Source of the DNA: Lingula anatina
Lineage: Eukaryota; Animalia; Brachiopoda
Assembly: GCA_051362555.1 (NCBI GenBank)
Contig: CM120641.1
Location: forward strand, 9,610,001-9,674,000
Direction of reading: 5' to 3'
DNA: 64,000 nucleotides
Positions 25,601 to 36,774 of the stretch are shown in pieces. The notes under the pieces were generated by a model. That model saw only the letters and a list, made by a program, of their open reading frames with translations, ran no database searches and was not told the DNA's origin. How positions within the stretch are numbered: position 1 is the stretch's first letter; each line of letters starts with the position of its first letter. Made by a program: the position numbers and the translations under genes.

Positions 25601-28406
25601 GAACTGGCACAGAAAATGGAACAAGCTGCATGGGAGAGAGTCGGAGAGGACCACCCGGTAAGTAGGCAGAGAGCCTTAAATTTTACCAGTACTTTGTGAG
25701 CCATTTTTATTATTAAAAACAATATCCTCCTGTTTGGGAAGTTTGTTTATAGCAGTATTATCCTATAGTAATGTATGGATTTGGGGTATAGCCAGGGTAC
25801 ACCAGGCTTAAAATTATACAGATGAACTGTTCAGTTTAAAATGTTGTCCGTTCTTATGATTGCTCATTCTGAATTTTCCTAGTTGGTTCTTAAACCAAGC
25901 TAAGTCATAATACTATTCAAATGACATGGTTTGTTTGGCATTTGACTGAAAGTGACAACTAAGATGATATCAACTGATACTATTATATGCATTATAAGTT
26001 ATTTTTAATAATTTCCCAATGAATATGCTTGCAGTACATTGCCCTAGAGAAAATAGTGTCTGTAAGGCATATGTTTCTTCATGATTATTGTACATGTATA
26101 TGCTTAAAATGTCTGATTGTCACTGCAAATTATTTGGTTCATTTTACAGGATAAAGAATTACTAGATCCATTCCCCATACCTTTGGCAATTATTGGAAGT
26201 AAATACGACCTATTTCAAGTGAGTAGAATCTGAGATGCTCAAACTGCTACTGGATGTCATAAGATATTTGAATTATGGGTCCTGATGTACACATTTCAAA
26301 TATTTCAAAGCTAGGAAAGAGTTTGTAACTCTTGTGCTTAAAAATACTGCAAAAATACAAACTCAGTGATGAAAATAAGATTGTATCACAAACTGGAAAA
26401 ACTCAAAATATGACACCACTGCATAGTTTCATTTTTCCCTTCAATTCAAAATTTAAAAACCTGCATGATGTTTTTCAGGAGTTTGAGCCAGAAAAAAGGA
26501 AAACAATTTGCAAAACATTAAGATTTGTAGCACATTCTTATGGAGCAACATTAATAGTAAGTTATGTTAAAATTGTGGTGAAATTTTGCCCTGGAAAAGA
26601 CTATTAATTAAAATGTTTTGAAAGAAGTACAGTGTGCACTAGTATTTGTCACTGCTTGTTTTTATTTCTTTATTTTTACTGTGTGGCAATAAAATACACT
26701 GTAATTAACAAATAGTAGTGACAGTGATATAATAAATTACATGTAGCATGTCTAACTTGAATTGATATCCTTACTGCTGTGCATTAATTTTATTGCAATT
26801 AATACGAGACATATCTTTACAGTTTTTCAGCAGCAAACAAGAGACTTTGATTCAGAGAACTAGAGCTTTAATAAGCCATTATGTATTTGGCACAAATATG
26901 AGGTGAGTTTGTTTTTAGGTAACATTTAATTTATTGGAATGTGTATATGGGATAATCATCGTGATGAGTATTTCTTTTTAAAAAGTTTTAAAATTGATTT
27001 TGTTGAAGATAAGATTGGCTTCCTGACCATTTTCCAACTTTGAGTTTATAAATTCTACAATTCTTCAAATTGAAGTTACATGAATCTGTAGCAAAGCCAT
27101 ATACCAAATACAATATAAATGTTGTTGATTGATGATATAAAATAGATGAAAGTGATTAATAATAAATTTAACAATTAAATGGATATCATTAGAAAAGGTG
27201 GCCAAATGTAACTTAACCATGGATATCATTTAGTAAAACAGTCCAAGTGGATCAAAACAAGCCTCTCTTGATACCAGCTGGTCTGGATGCTGTGAGTCAG
27301 ATTGGTAGTCCACCCCTCTCTGATGATGAACTAGGAGTAGGGAGTGCAAAGTAAGTCACTCACACAAACTGCAATTTACATACAAAGTGACCATACAAAC
27401 ATAGGGGGACCATTGTTGATGTTGTGATTGCTTACTCCCATAACATTGCTTCATATTGGGTAGGTGTGAATCAGATTTTTCACTGTAGGATTGCTTTTGA
27501 TTTGTACATTTTGCAGTGCATAATGAAAGGAAATTACTTTCGAGAATATTAAATTTAAACCTGTTGTAACTCTCTTCTTAAAGAGATTAGAAATTATGAA
27601 TTAATGTCATTTTTCTTTATCATTATTTTATTCAGAACTCCTTTAGATCTTTGGAAGAGGGCTTTTTGTAGCATGTTTCCACAAGAGGTGAGTACAGTGC
27701 TTTGGAATAATAATTAAAATAAGATGATGTCAAGCATGAATAAAAATAATTTTTATCACTGAAATAGCATATTGTGACAACTTAAATATTAGTTGAGTTT
27801 TCTTGTTATTATTTGATTAACTACGTTATGGGTGTAAAATTCTGTACCTATCTAGAATCATTTTAAATTTTTGCTGTAAAAAGTGCTTTTGGATTGAAAT
27901 AAACATTGTGAACACTATGCATTTCCTTCAGAATCTTTTGTAAGTACTGTTAACCATTTATTGTTTTAAACACTGCATCTGTAATGAAATCAGTCATACG
28001 TTATAAATTCTTGATATATTTAACTGTGTATTTTCCAGAATCTAAACACCCCTACTTCAGTTGAAGATCCAGCAAAAGATGTCCAGTATGCAGAACCAGC
28101 AATTGATTCAATGAGAAAACAGAAAGATGAGGTAAAGAAAATGTTTTATACACAGTAACTACATGATGTTATTGATTATTTTTTCGTATTATTTTTCATT
28201 TCATTGTCATGGATTCTTCATCACACTTAGAACTTGTAATGTTTAAATCGTTCATCTGTACTTATTGAATTGAAAAAATGTTTCTTATGAACAGTAAGTT
28301 AACAATGTTCCTCTTCTAGGAGTTGGAAAGATACAGGAGATTATGTGAACGCAGAGCCAAAGAAGCTGAACAGCAGGCCATGCTAAATGAAGGAATTGCT
28401 TACTAA
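22694..28406 (+). CDS. DYNC2LI1: Cytoplasmic dynein-2 light intermediate chain 1 (IFT dynein), 14 coding exons
   Basis: Exons 22694-22704, 23272-23321, 23672-23730, 24012-24046, 24485-24554, 24750-24838, 25471-25657, 26150-26218, 26479-26556, 26823-26902, 27234-27350, 27636-27687, 28039-28131, 28320-28406 splice in frame. Motifs: [74 protein letters not shown]. Confidence 0.93.
23057..23244. mobile_element. Palindromic (foldback) MITE-like element in DYNC2LI1 intron 1
   Basis: Perfect 17-bp inverted repeat acttgaaagcttgcggc (23120-23136) / gccgcaagctttcaagt (23180-23196), with looser pairing out to the termini (tacaacc...ggttgtg). Confidence 0.7.
25003..25339. mobile_element. Non-autonomous DNA transposon with TTAA target-site duplication (Kolobok-like)
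   Basis: TTAA|agggataataactattcgt ... acgaagagttattatccct|TTAA: a 19-bp TIR with one mismatch, purine-purine/pyrimidine-pyrimidine termini and a TTAA TSD. Confidence 0.8.
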
Positions 28407-30595
28407 GCCATAAATGTGCGATTCTCTACATCATGGAAGGAATTAGATTAAAAATGCCACATAAGTTCAAGATAGCATTTAAATTGGACCAGTGTAGGAT
28501 GAATTTTTTTAAAAGTTTTATCAGCAGTGATGGAGTTGCAGCCAATCAGTGGAGATTCATTGACTAGATCTGTAATAGGGACGTTCTTAGAAGTATATGT
28601 TCTGTTTGCATGTTATATGTGTATATATACTGATATATATTTTTGATTAAGCCTTCAGAAGATTTAATTTTTTAAAATTTCTTTTTTAAATGATTTGCAA
28701 GAAGTCTAGTGCCCAAGAAACATTTTCTTATTAACCCATCTTCTTTAATTAATAAATACTAGAAAAATAGATTGTATATCACAACTTTTGTTAATTATGG
28801 AACAATTTTTTGCCTTTTTATTCAACACAGTAACTTTGTCATATTAACCATGTGCTGCTGTATTTATTATTTGATGCCACCAAAAACAAATAAAAAATAT
28901 ATCTGTCTGAAAAGTACCCTTAAGATACTAAATAAAATTCAGCTTTATACCATAAAGGGTTGGTTTTATCAGCTAACAATGATCCAAACCAAGCCATCCT
29001 GTTTAAAAGGCCATATGTGCTGGGGGCAATTAACCAATAATTGTTTTTGAATTCTTTGTATTTTGTTTTCTTCAAATATATAAAGAGAAAGGCAACAAAG
29101 TTGGCAAATATACAGACACCAATGCGAAAAACATTGCAACATTATTTAAAAACAAGGCAACAAAGCTGTAAAATGAACATGCTAGTATAAACATCAACTG
29201 ACAGAAGCAGCGACATTAAAACTTTGCTTCAGGTTCTCGCTCAGAAAACATCATTTTGTGAAAAATACACAAAAAGCATCATAATATCATGAAAATGATC
29301 CCAGGAGGCTGGTTTTTGAACTCTAGGTGTATTTTGGTAATTTAACTATTGTAACGTAACGTTATATGAGTTTGAGAAAATGTACTGTTTTCTTTTGCTT
29401 GTGTTTATACAAATCAAAATTCTAGGAAGAATCATGGTGATGATGGACACTACATGTATGTCCAATATACATATTTATAAAAATGCAAGGGGGGAGACTA
29501 AGGGAGCATGCAGAGAGACATCGTACTAGTTGGATTGATCCAACTAGATTTGCAGAGGCTCTCGCTAAGTGCAATGAGCTTAACTGAATGACAAACCTCT
29601 TGGGGGGGGGGGGGGGGGTAATTAACTTTCATATGCACTGGGCTTAATTACCCCAGACCTAGCTGGGATGCACCAGCATATGCATGTTGCCCACAGTGCC
29701 ATCTTTGCATTGGTATAGACAGAGACTTTTTCAGTCACAAGTAAACTAGGGAAACGGTCATTCCACACTAAAATCTAATATACCGCTTATTAGATCTTCG
29801 TTCCACACAAAATAGGATGTTATAAAAGTGACATTTACCAGTATTACTATGTAATTAATATTGTTGATACAACTAAACAAATTGGCACGATTTGTTTATC
29901 ATCGGTTGTCCACCATGTTAACAAGTGGCTCTTCGTTGCTGTTAATATTGCCAAGAGGGGTCACACACCAACATGGCTGCAGACCTGATGATATGTCTCG
30001 TGTATTGTGCTGTATTGCACAATTCAGGGACACCAGTATAGCCTAAACTGTACGTGTACCAGCACAGTGGTAAAAGACCATCATACAATATGTACTTTTT
30101 GTGAAAGTCCATTTCAAGAAAGGGCCACTAAATTGCTGTTGTAGATGATAAAGCAGAGTACAGTGTACAATGTACATGTACAAATACAATCAAGCCTACA
30201 ATACAGTACAGTATTTGTCAGAATTGTAAATACTGAAAAAATTGCTAGGTAAAAAGATAATAATAAATAAATGAAAATAAAATAAAAAAACTCTCTTCTA
30301 TACAAGACAAACCATTAATAATAAATGAAAAACTGCGTGTACAAAAAAGTTTGACAGGAATGATAGTTCTCGGAATGAAGTCAGGGGTCCCACATAATCG
30401 ACTGCGTGTACATTAAGCATTCTGTGATCTGTCTTTGTTGTTTTCTAACAAGTTCTTCGTTCCAAGTGATGTTATAATTATTTGGTATATGGGACGAATG
30501 TCACCTACACAAATTAATGGGGAGCGGACTACGGTTCCTAGCGAGTTCCTGCAGCTGTTACACCGGAAATACCCAACCGGATGTTGGGGGTCGTG

Positions 30596-30605
30596 GTCAC
30601 ATGAC
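30596..30605. promoter_or_regulatory. CLEAR/M-box-like element GTCACATGAC near the RNase T2 start, next to two ETS-like sites (ACCGGAAAT ~30562, ACCGGATGT ~30577)
   Basis: One mismatch from the CLEAR consensus GTCACGTGAC. Lies just 5' of the donor of the non-coding first exon (CAG|GTAAGT at 30639/30640). Confidence 0.5.
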
Positions 30606-30705
30606 AAACAGCATACCGACTAGCAGACGGGCACGCCAGGTAAGTAGAAATTAGCCAGTTTGACGTGTGAATTGGGGTGAATTAAGGTTGTTGTATGTAT
30701 TAAGA

Positions 30706-30723
30706 ATCTCTCTCTCTCTTTCT

Positions 30724-30762
<39 letters not shown>
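30706..30762. repeat. (CT)n microsatellite in RNase T2 intron 1
   Basis: Directly visible. Confidence 0.9.
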
Positions 30763-30767
<5 letters not shown>

Positions 30768-30842
30768 CAAAAGTTGTTTTTTAACGTTAATGTTTTCTTT
30801 TTTTGCCAGGCTGTGAAACTACTACATACCAACGGCTTCGAA

Positions 30843-33800
30843 ATGAGGATAAAGGATGTGCTCCTTTATGCAGTTTTCATAGTGAGGTAAGCAGCAAATA
30901 AATTGATGAATCAGTCTAGGCCAGTTTATTATGTACTAAGAAATGACAATCACTGCCTTACCATTTAAGAACTGGGGGCGTTTTTTAAGCTTAAAATCAA
31001 AAGACACTGACAAAAATGACCCAATACTCTCAAACAGACAGCGGTACACGTCCCTGATATATCCCACTGTATGATCCAAATTGGCACAAACATGATCTGA
31101 AGAACATATGATAGCTAGGAAAATTAATTTCGTGTGTTTCATATTGGGTACACATTTCACCTCTTCTTTTTAGCTGCAGTAGTAATAATGAATGGGATTA
31201 CATGGTGTTCACTCAACAGTGGCCACAAACTGTGTGTGATTCAGTGTATGAGGTATTTATCACAGGTCATATTTCAATTGATCAGCTCAGAACAGAATTA
31301 TCAACTAAAAGTATTAAAGTTAAGACAGAGAAACATGTAGCTTGTTTCAAATTTATTTGATTTTTCTTTTTGTTATGTTAATTCCAATTTCCATTTCTTT
31401 GCGCCATTACGTTTTATTATTTTAAATAATTAATAAACAGTTCCTTTTCTAGCTTCTGAGTTCCTTTACATTTTCAGTTGAAAATGCACATGTTCCTGTT
31501 ATTTGATGCTCCTTATTTAAATTCACTATTTCAATGTTTTCTTTTTGTATGCATTATCCTGTAGCTTTGCTTTCATATGGCATTAACTCCTTGAGCTTAT
31601 TACATTTAAGGAACACAAATGTGCTATCCCTAAAGATATTTCCTTTTGGACAGTCCATGGACTTTGGTAAGTATGGGTAAAGAGCTTCTCTGTTGCGCTT
31701 TATGTATGTTTTGTACTTTCTGGATTGAGAGAGATTAAATCATATTGGTGTGTTCTGTTATGAAGAGAATGTATTAAAAGTAAATAACTTTTCATACCCA
31801 AAACATCAGAAATCATTCCATCAAACTGATTTTCAGGCCCAACAGACAAGGGAGCAAAGATGAACCATCATACTGCAACAAAACCTGGGCTTTTGATGAG
31901 AAGCTGATTAAAGTAAGTCTTAGTACAATGATTTATTTCTGAAAAGCTGGGTATTTCCAATTTATTTGTTGGAAAGTTGCATGGAAGTTCCTATTTTGCC
32001 ACTTATCTATCTATTACATATTTTGTCACATTGCAGCCGATTGAAACTAATCTGGATGTAAACTGGCCAAATCTATATACAGACTCTGAAAAGACAGAAT
32101 TTTGGTAAGTCCCTCCATTCCTGCTTGTTAACAGTTAACCTATTTCTAAATTACTATTTGACTGAAATGAAACATGACACCAGTTGCAATTAAGCATTGT
32201 ATAACTTTTTATATTTCTTTGACATCATTATACTATTTTTTACTTTTTTTACAGGCAGCACGAGTGGGATAAGCATGGGACTTGTGCTGCCTCACTGCCT
32301 GCACTAGGGAGTCAATTCAAATACTTCTCCAAAGGTCTTGAGCTCCACCAGAAGTATAATGCTACAATGTGAGTTGTGGATGGGTAGAATATTACTATAA
32401 TCATGCCTGCTGTCTTGTAATGTGATACTGACATATCCTGTAATGTAATACTAATATACTTTTCTGTTGGGTGATTTTTTATCATTTTTTTTGTGCATTT
32501 CCAGCATAATCATAATTCCATAATCATTTGTTTAGATAATCATTGGCTTTAAGAAAAAAGTTTAAAACAAACAAAATTATTTTTTGGAAAATTTTCCTCA
32601 TGTTCCTGCTTTATGTAGGCCTACTTTCAAAATAATTATTATAAATATTCTTTTTGATAGATTATTAGCAAGAGCTGGAGTAGTTCCATCTGATACTTGT
32701 AATGTCAATGTAAGTAAATAGATGACTAAATATGATTTTTGTGTTAAATGATGAACATTATTTTTTATAACATCCATAAAGACCCTTCTGAATTTGTGGA
32801 TGATTTGTAAAATTAAAAATAACCACAAAACAGGCTTTATTATCATTAACGCCCCATTGTGATCAAGCCATATGTAGTATCTTCATTTATGACAACCACA
32901 AGCTTAATTTTATATGTGGAATTTTTCAGATTGTCAAAATATAAATAAATAGATAAAGAAATAAAATAATTGTAATTGTAATGCATTGAAATAAATGACA
33001 AGAAAATTTTCATTAAGTCTGTTGACAATACAAAGCAAAAAAAAAAAACTCACTCAGCTTTTTTTTTTTTGGGGGGGGGGGTAATCCTTGTATATACAAA
33101 CTGCACTGGAGGAAAGACACCATTATAAAATTTATTTTTCATCATTGCATACATACTTTTTTTTCCTAATTCAAGCTGCTATAGATTTGCTTACTGTATA
33201 TATGTGTAACTGATAAATTGTTATTTTGAACTTTTGCAGATAACAAATCTCTATGAGGGACTGAAGTCACAACTTGGTAAAATGCCAAATATCAACTGCT
33301 ACTGGAATAAGGTGAGCACTGAAATACTTGTTTATGGAATGGAACATGTACAGGGCAAAAAAATGGAGTAGATCTCCTGTAAAATAGCTTTTTTATGGTA
33401 CATCTATAAATGCCTTCCTATCAATAATTTGGGAACCAAATTTAACTTCCCTTGAGAAAAGGCAAATTTCACCTGCTCACAAATCATTTCTTGACATTTT
33501 CAAACATGTACTGTATGTATACCTTTAAGATACACCTATTGACATGTATACCAGTTAAACATTATACAGTCTTATGCCATTTTATTTTGGACATTGCCTT
33601 AGATGTTTCCTTGATATAGAACATGAATTATAGTGTAATATTCCTTGATGATATTTCAGAAAAAACACATGCAAAACCTGATAGAGGTGGAGCTGTGTGT
33701 GGACAAGAGTTTTAGCATAATTGACTGTAATAGCAACGAAGACACCAACTTATACTTCAGAAGTAAGAGTGAAAGGTTGAAAGTGCCACATCACAAGACA

Positions 33801-33887
33801 CAGAAGCTGGAATTTGGTTTGGGTGAAACAGAACCATGCCGCCCCAGTGAATTAACTTGCTATCCTGTAATCAAGCATACCTCATAA
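30843..33887 (+). CDS. RNASET2: Ribonuclease T2 family enzyme with signal peptide, 9 coding exons
   Basis: Exons 30843-30886, 31174-31252, 31611-31666, 31838-31912, 32037-32104, 32255-32368, 32661-32709, 33240-33311, 33660-33887. Encodes WDYMVFTQQWPQTVC, CAS I FWTVHGLWP, CAS II FWQHEWDKHGTC and LIEVELCVDKSF. Hydrophobic N-terminus MRIKDVLLYAVFIVS. Mostly absent from the ORF track. Confidence 0.92.
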
Positions 33888-36774
33888 AAACTAAGCAATA
33901 GTAATAAGTAAATGGTGCTGCAATCATCAGCTTTCATTTGCAATTACCCCAGAGGCTGAAAAAGATATTATTCCATATCATGTACAAATCATTCATTCAA
34001 TTCATAAGCTTCCAGTGTTTTTTACATTTATCAACTTGCGCAATATGAATATGAAAGTAATGTAGATTGTACTGTTTCTGCCTTTTAAGAATAACACCTT
34101 TGATACAAGAAATGAGAATTACTCTAATCGCCATACCAATTGACCATTCCATTCATTAAGTTATTTTTCATCAGTTGGATGTGGTATCTGTGATAATTTT
34201 TTTTTCATTGCAAAATGTTGTGCTATCAGATGTCACTTGCATTGTAAAAATACTCAATTTGAAATAATTTTATTTGAAATACTATTATAGAAGTGAAAAA
34301 ATTTATAACTGATGTTTTAGCATTTTCTATTTAAATTTAGTTTGTTTTTCAACATAACATGCAGGTTTTGAATAAAATAATTTCTCAGGTCAAACCATTT
34401 TTATGCTTAAATCGGTGAGAGAATTGAAGAGGAAAGGTTTTGGAAACCAACTAAAATTGTATTTAGGGAGGCCAACAAAGCCAGCAAAAGCTGACACTGT
34501 ATGAACAATCTCCTAAGTTAGTTAGTCTGAAATTAGGTACTTCTACATCTGAACATTAAAATATAAACTAGGCACTAATACTGGTACAATAACAACAAAT
34601 CTGAAATACTTATAAATACACATTTATTTTGTTTACATGATATTTTTGACCCAGTTTTGGTTTCAAAACATTTGCCATTAATATACGACAAACGTAAAAG
34701 AAGATTGGTCCATCTAATGCACTGGTCCTAAAATACATCAAAACGAAACTGCATTGTCAAATAAGATCACTAATGCCATCTTTCAATTATATTGCCAATA
34801 AAGGCGAGGGACTTTTCCTAAAATGTAAAAAATTGACTTGGCCAACCACTGAATTTAAAACATTTACAATTCTATAAACCTAAACAATGATTAAAATAAT
34901 AATGCTATAATTTGAATTTTGTTTCACTTGACAATATATGTTCTCTTAACCATGGAATTAGCTCAAACTGCTGACAATCAACCTCACACATATTTAAATA
35001 ATGTCAATGCCCCATTTTGGAGCTTACTGTAAAAACTACCTTATGTACAGAGCCTTTGTTAATAAGAATCTACATATAAGAGACAAAAAGGCTAGAATGA
35101 GTAGAATGTTCTTTAAGTACTGTGCGGCATCTTAACAAAGCACAAAATTACAATTTCCATAATCATTATGCTGTTAAAAAAAACCATACACGGCATTTTC
35201 AATGGCACATCAAATATATTTTACCACACTAGAGCAAAAAATAACCACCCAACCCATCTTCGTGTAAGTTGAAATATGTTGGAAATTACAAACTATTCAT
35301 TATCTGGAATACAACCCAAATGGTAAAATATTCCCATAGTCTAAATGAAAATACACTTTAACTCTACATATTATCTTTATTCATTTAGACAAATGTTCAG
35401 GAGCAAACATGAAAATTCCTCTTGGTAATATTCAGCTCTGGTGACAGTTCTCAAGAAAAACACTTATTTAATATTTGTAAGGGGGACTTGAAATCACAAA
35501 ATGTTGGGGGTGATATGATTTCTCAGTACCAGCATATTCCATTTTGTGCTTATATTTATCAAACAGTCATGTAATGATTACAAACAAAAAGGGACAAATG
35601 GTTGACTATGTATGTTTATATGAATATGTATGATATCAACCTGGAACACTACATGTATATATATACAACGAATTAATGATAAGTGTGTTGTCCTGAATTT
35701 ACATGGAAGCATAGTATGCACACTGCATATAGTATGATATGAACTAGATGGTTTTTATACACAAGAGGTACCATTGAGTACAAGATGGGACAAGCAACAC
35801 ACTACAGCATATAATTCTGGTAATAACGTGGCACCAAAGACAGGTATTGGATGGACTTCATTATGACTCCCTGGCCAGAGGGCCATTAAGGTTAAACTAC
35901 ACACATGTGGTGGAAGCACTGGACATGAAGGGTGAAGATACTCGATTACACTGACCACTGTGTCAGAATTATTTGCCCGTTAATATTTTTTATTTGCCCT
36001 TCTTGGTGAACAAACATTTGGTCCTGAAAAATGCACTACTTAATTCTACCTCACCCATCCACCTTTTTGAGTTAACATTTATCATATAAACAATCACATA
36101 AAAACCAGTTCTTAGCATGAACAAAGGTTGAGTTTGAGGTTAATTTAAATTTGCATAGCATAAATAACAGAATTACTTTCCTCTATTTGCCTCCCTCCTT
36201 GCTATCACAATATTCTCTATGTCAAGCATACTGAGGAGACCAAGCACTAGTTAAAAGGCCTTCAAATATTTGATCCATTTTTCAAATAGGTAATTTTTTT
36301 AGTAAAATTAATTTTGGGAATCTAATATTAAAAAAATGCTTCCTAACAATATCCCCTGTTGCAAACAGAAATGTTTTGATTCTGTGGAAACTGACTTGTA
36401 TTAATGTCACTGCATTCTTTCTAATGATTCCTGCTCACTGAATTTCTCAAACCCCATCAATGTATATGTATGCCTCTTTGTTCCAGTTTGATAAAATGGA
36501 AGTCTTGTTGTGTCTGTATTTGGTATTTAAAATCACTTGTGGCCATGCACTGGAGATGTTTTGACATTTCCCCAATCATTGAGCAAATAATGCTTCCTCA
36601 ATCGGACATTGTTCTTTCCCTTCTTCCTATTGGTAATCGCTGTACTACGGACTCCTGTCTATCATAAGCTTAATTCATGCATTTAAAGTCTTAAAACTGT
36701 TGATGTTAAAAGTCCTTTAAATTGATAATCCTTAAATATTTTTGACTCTCTCCATTGCTATTAAGGCTGTCATG

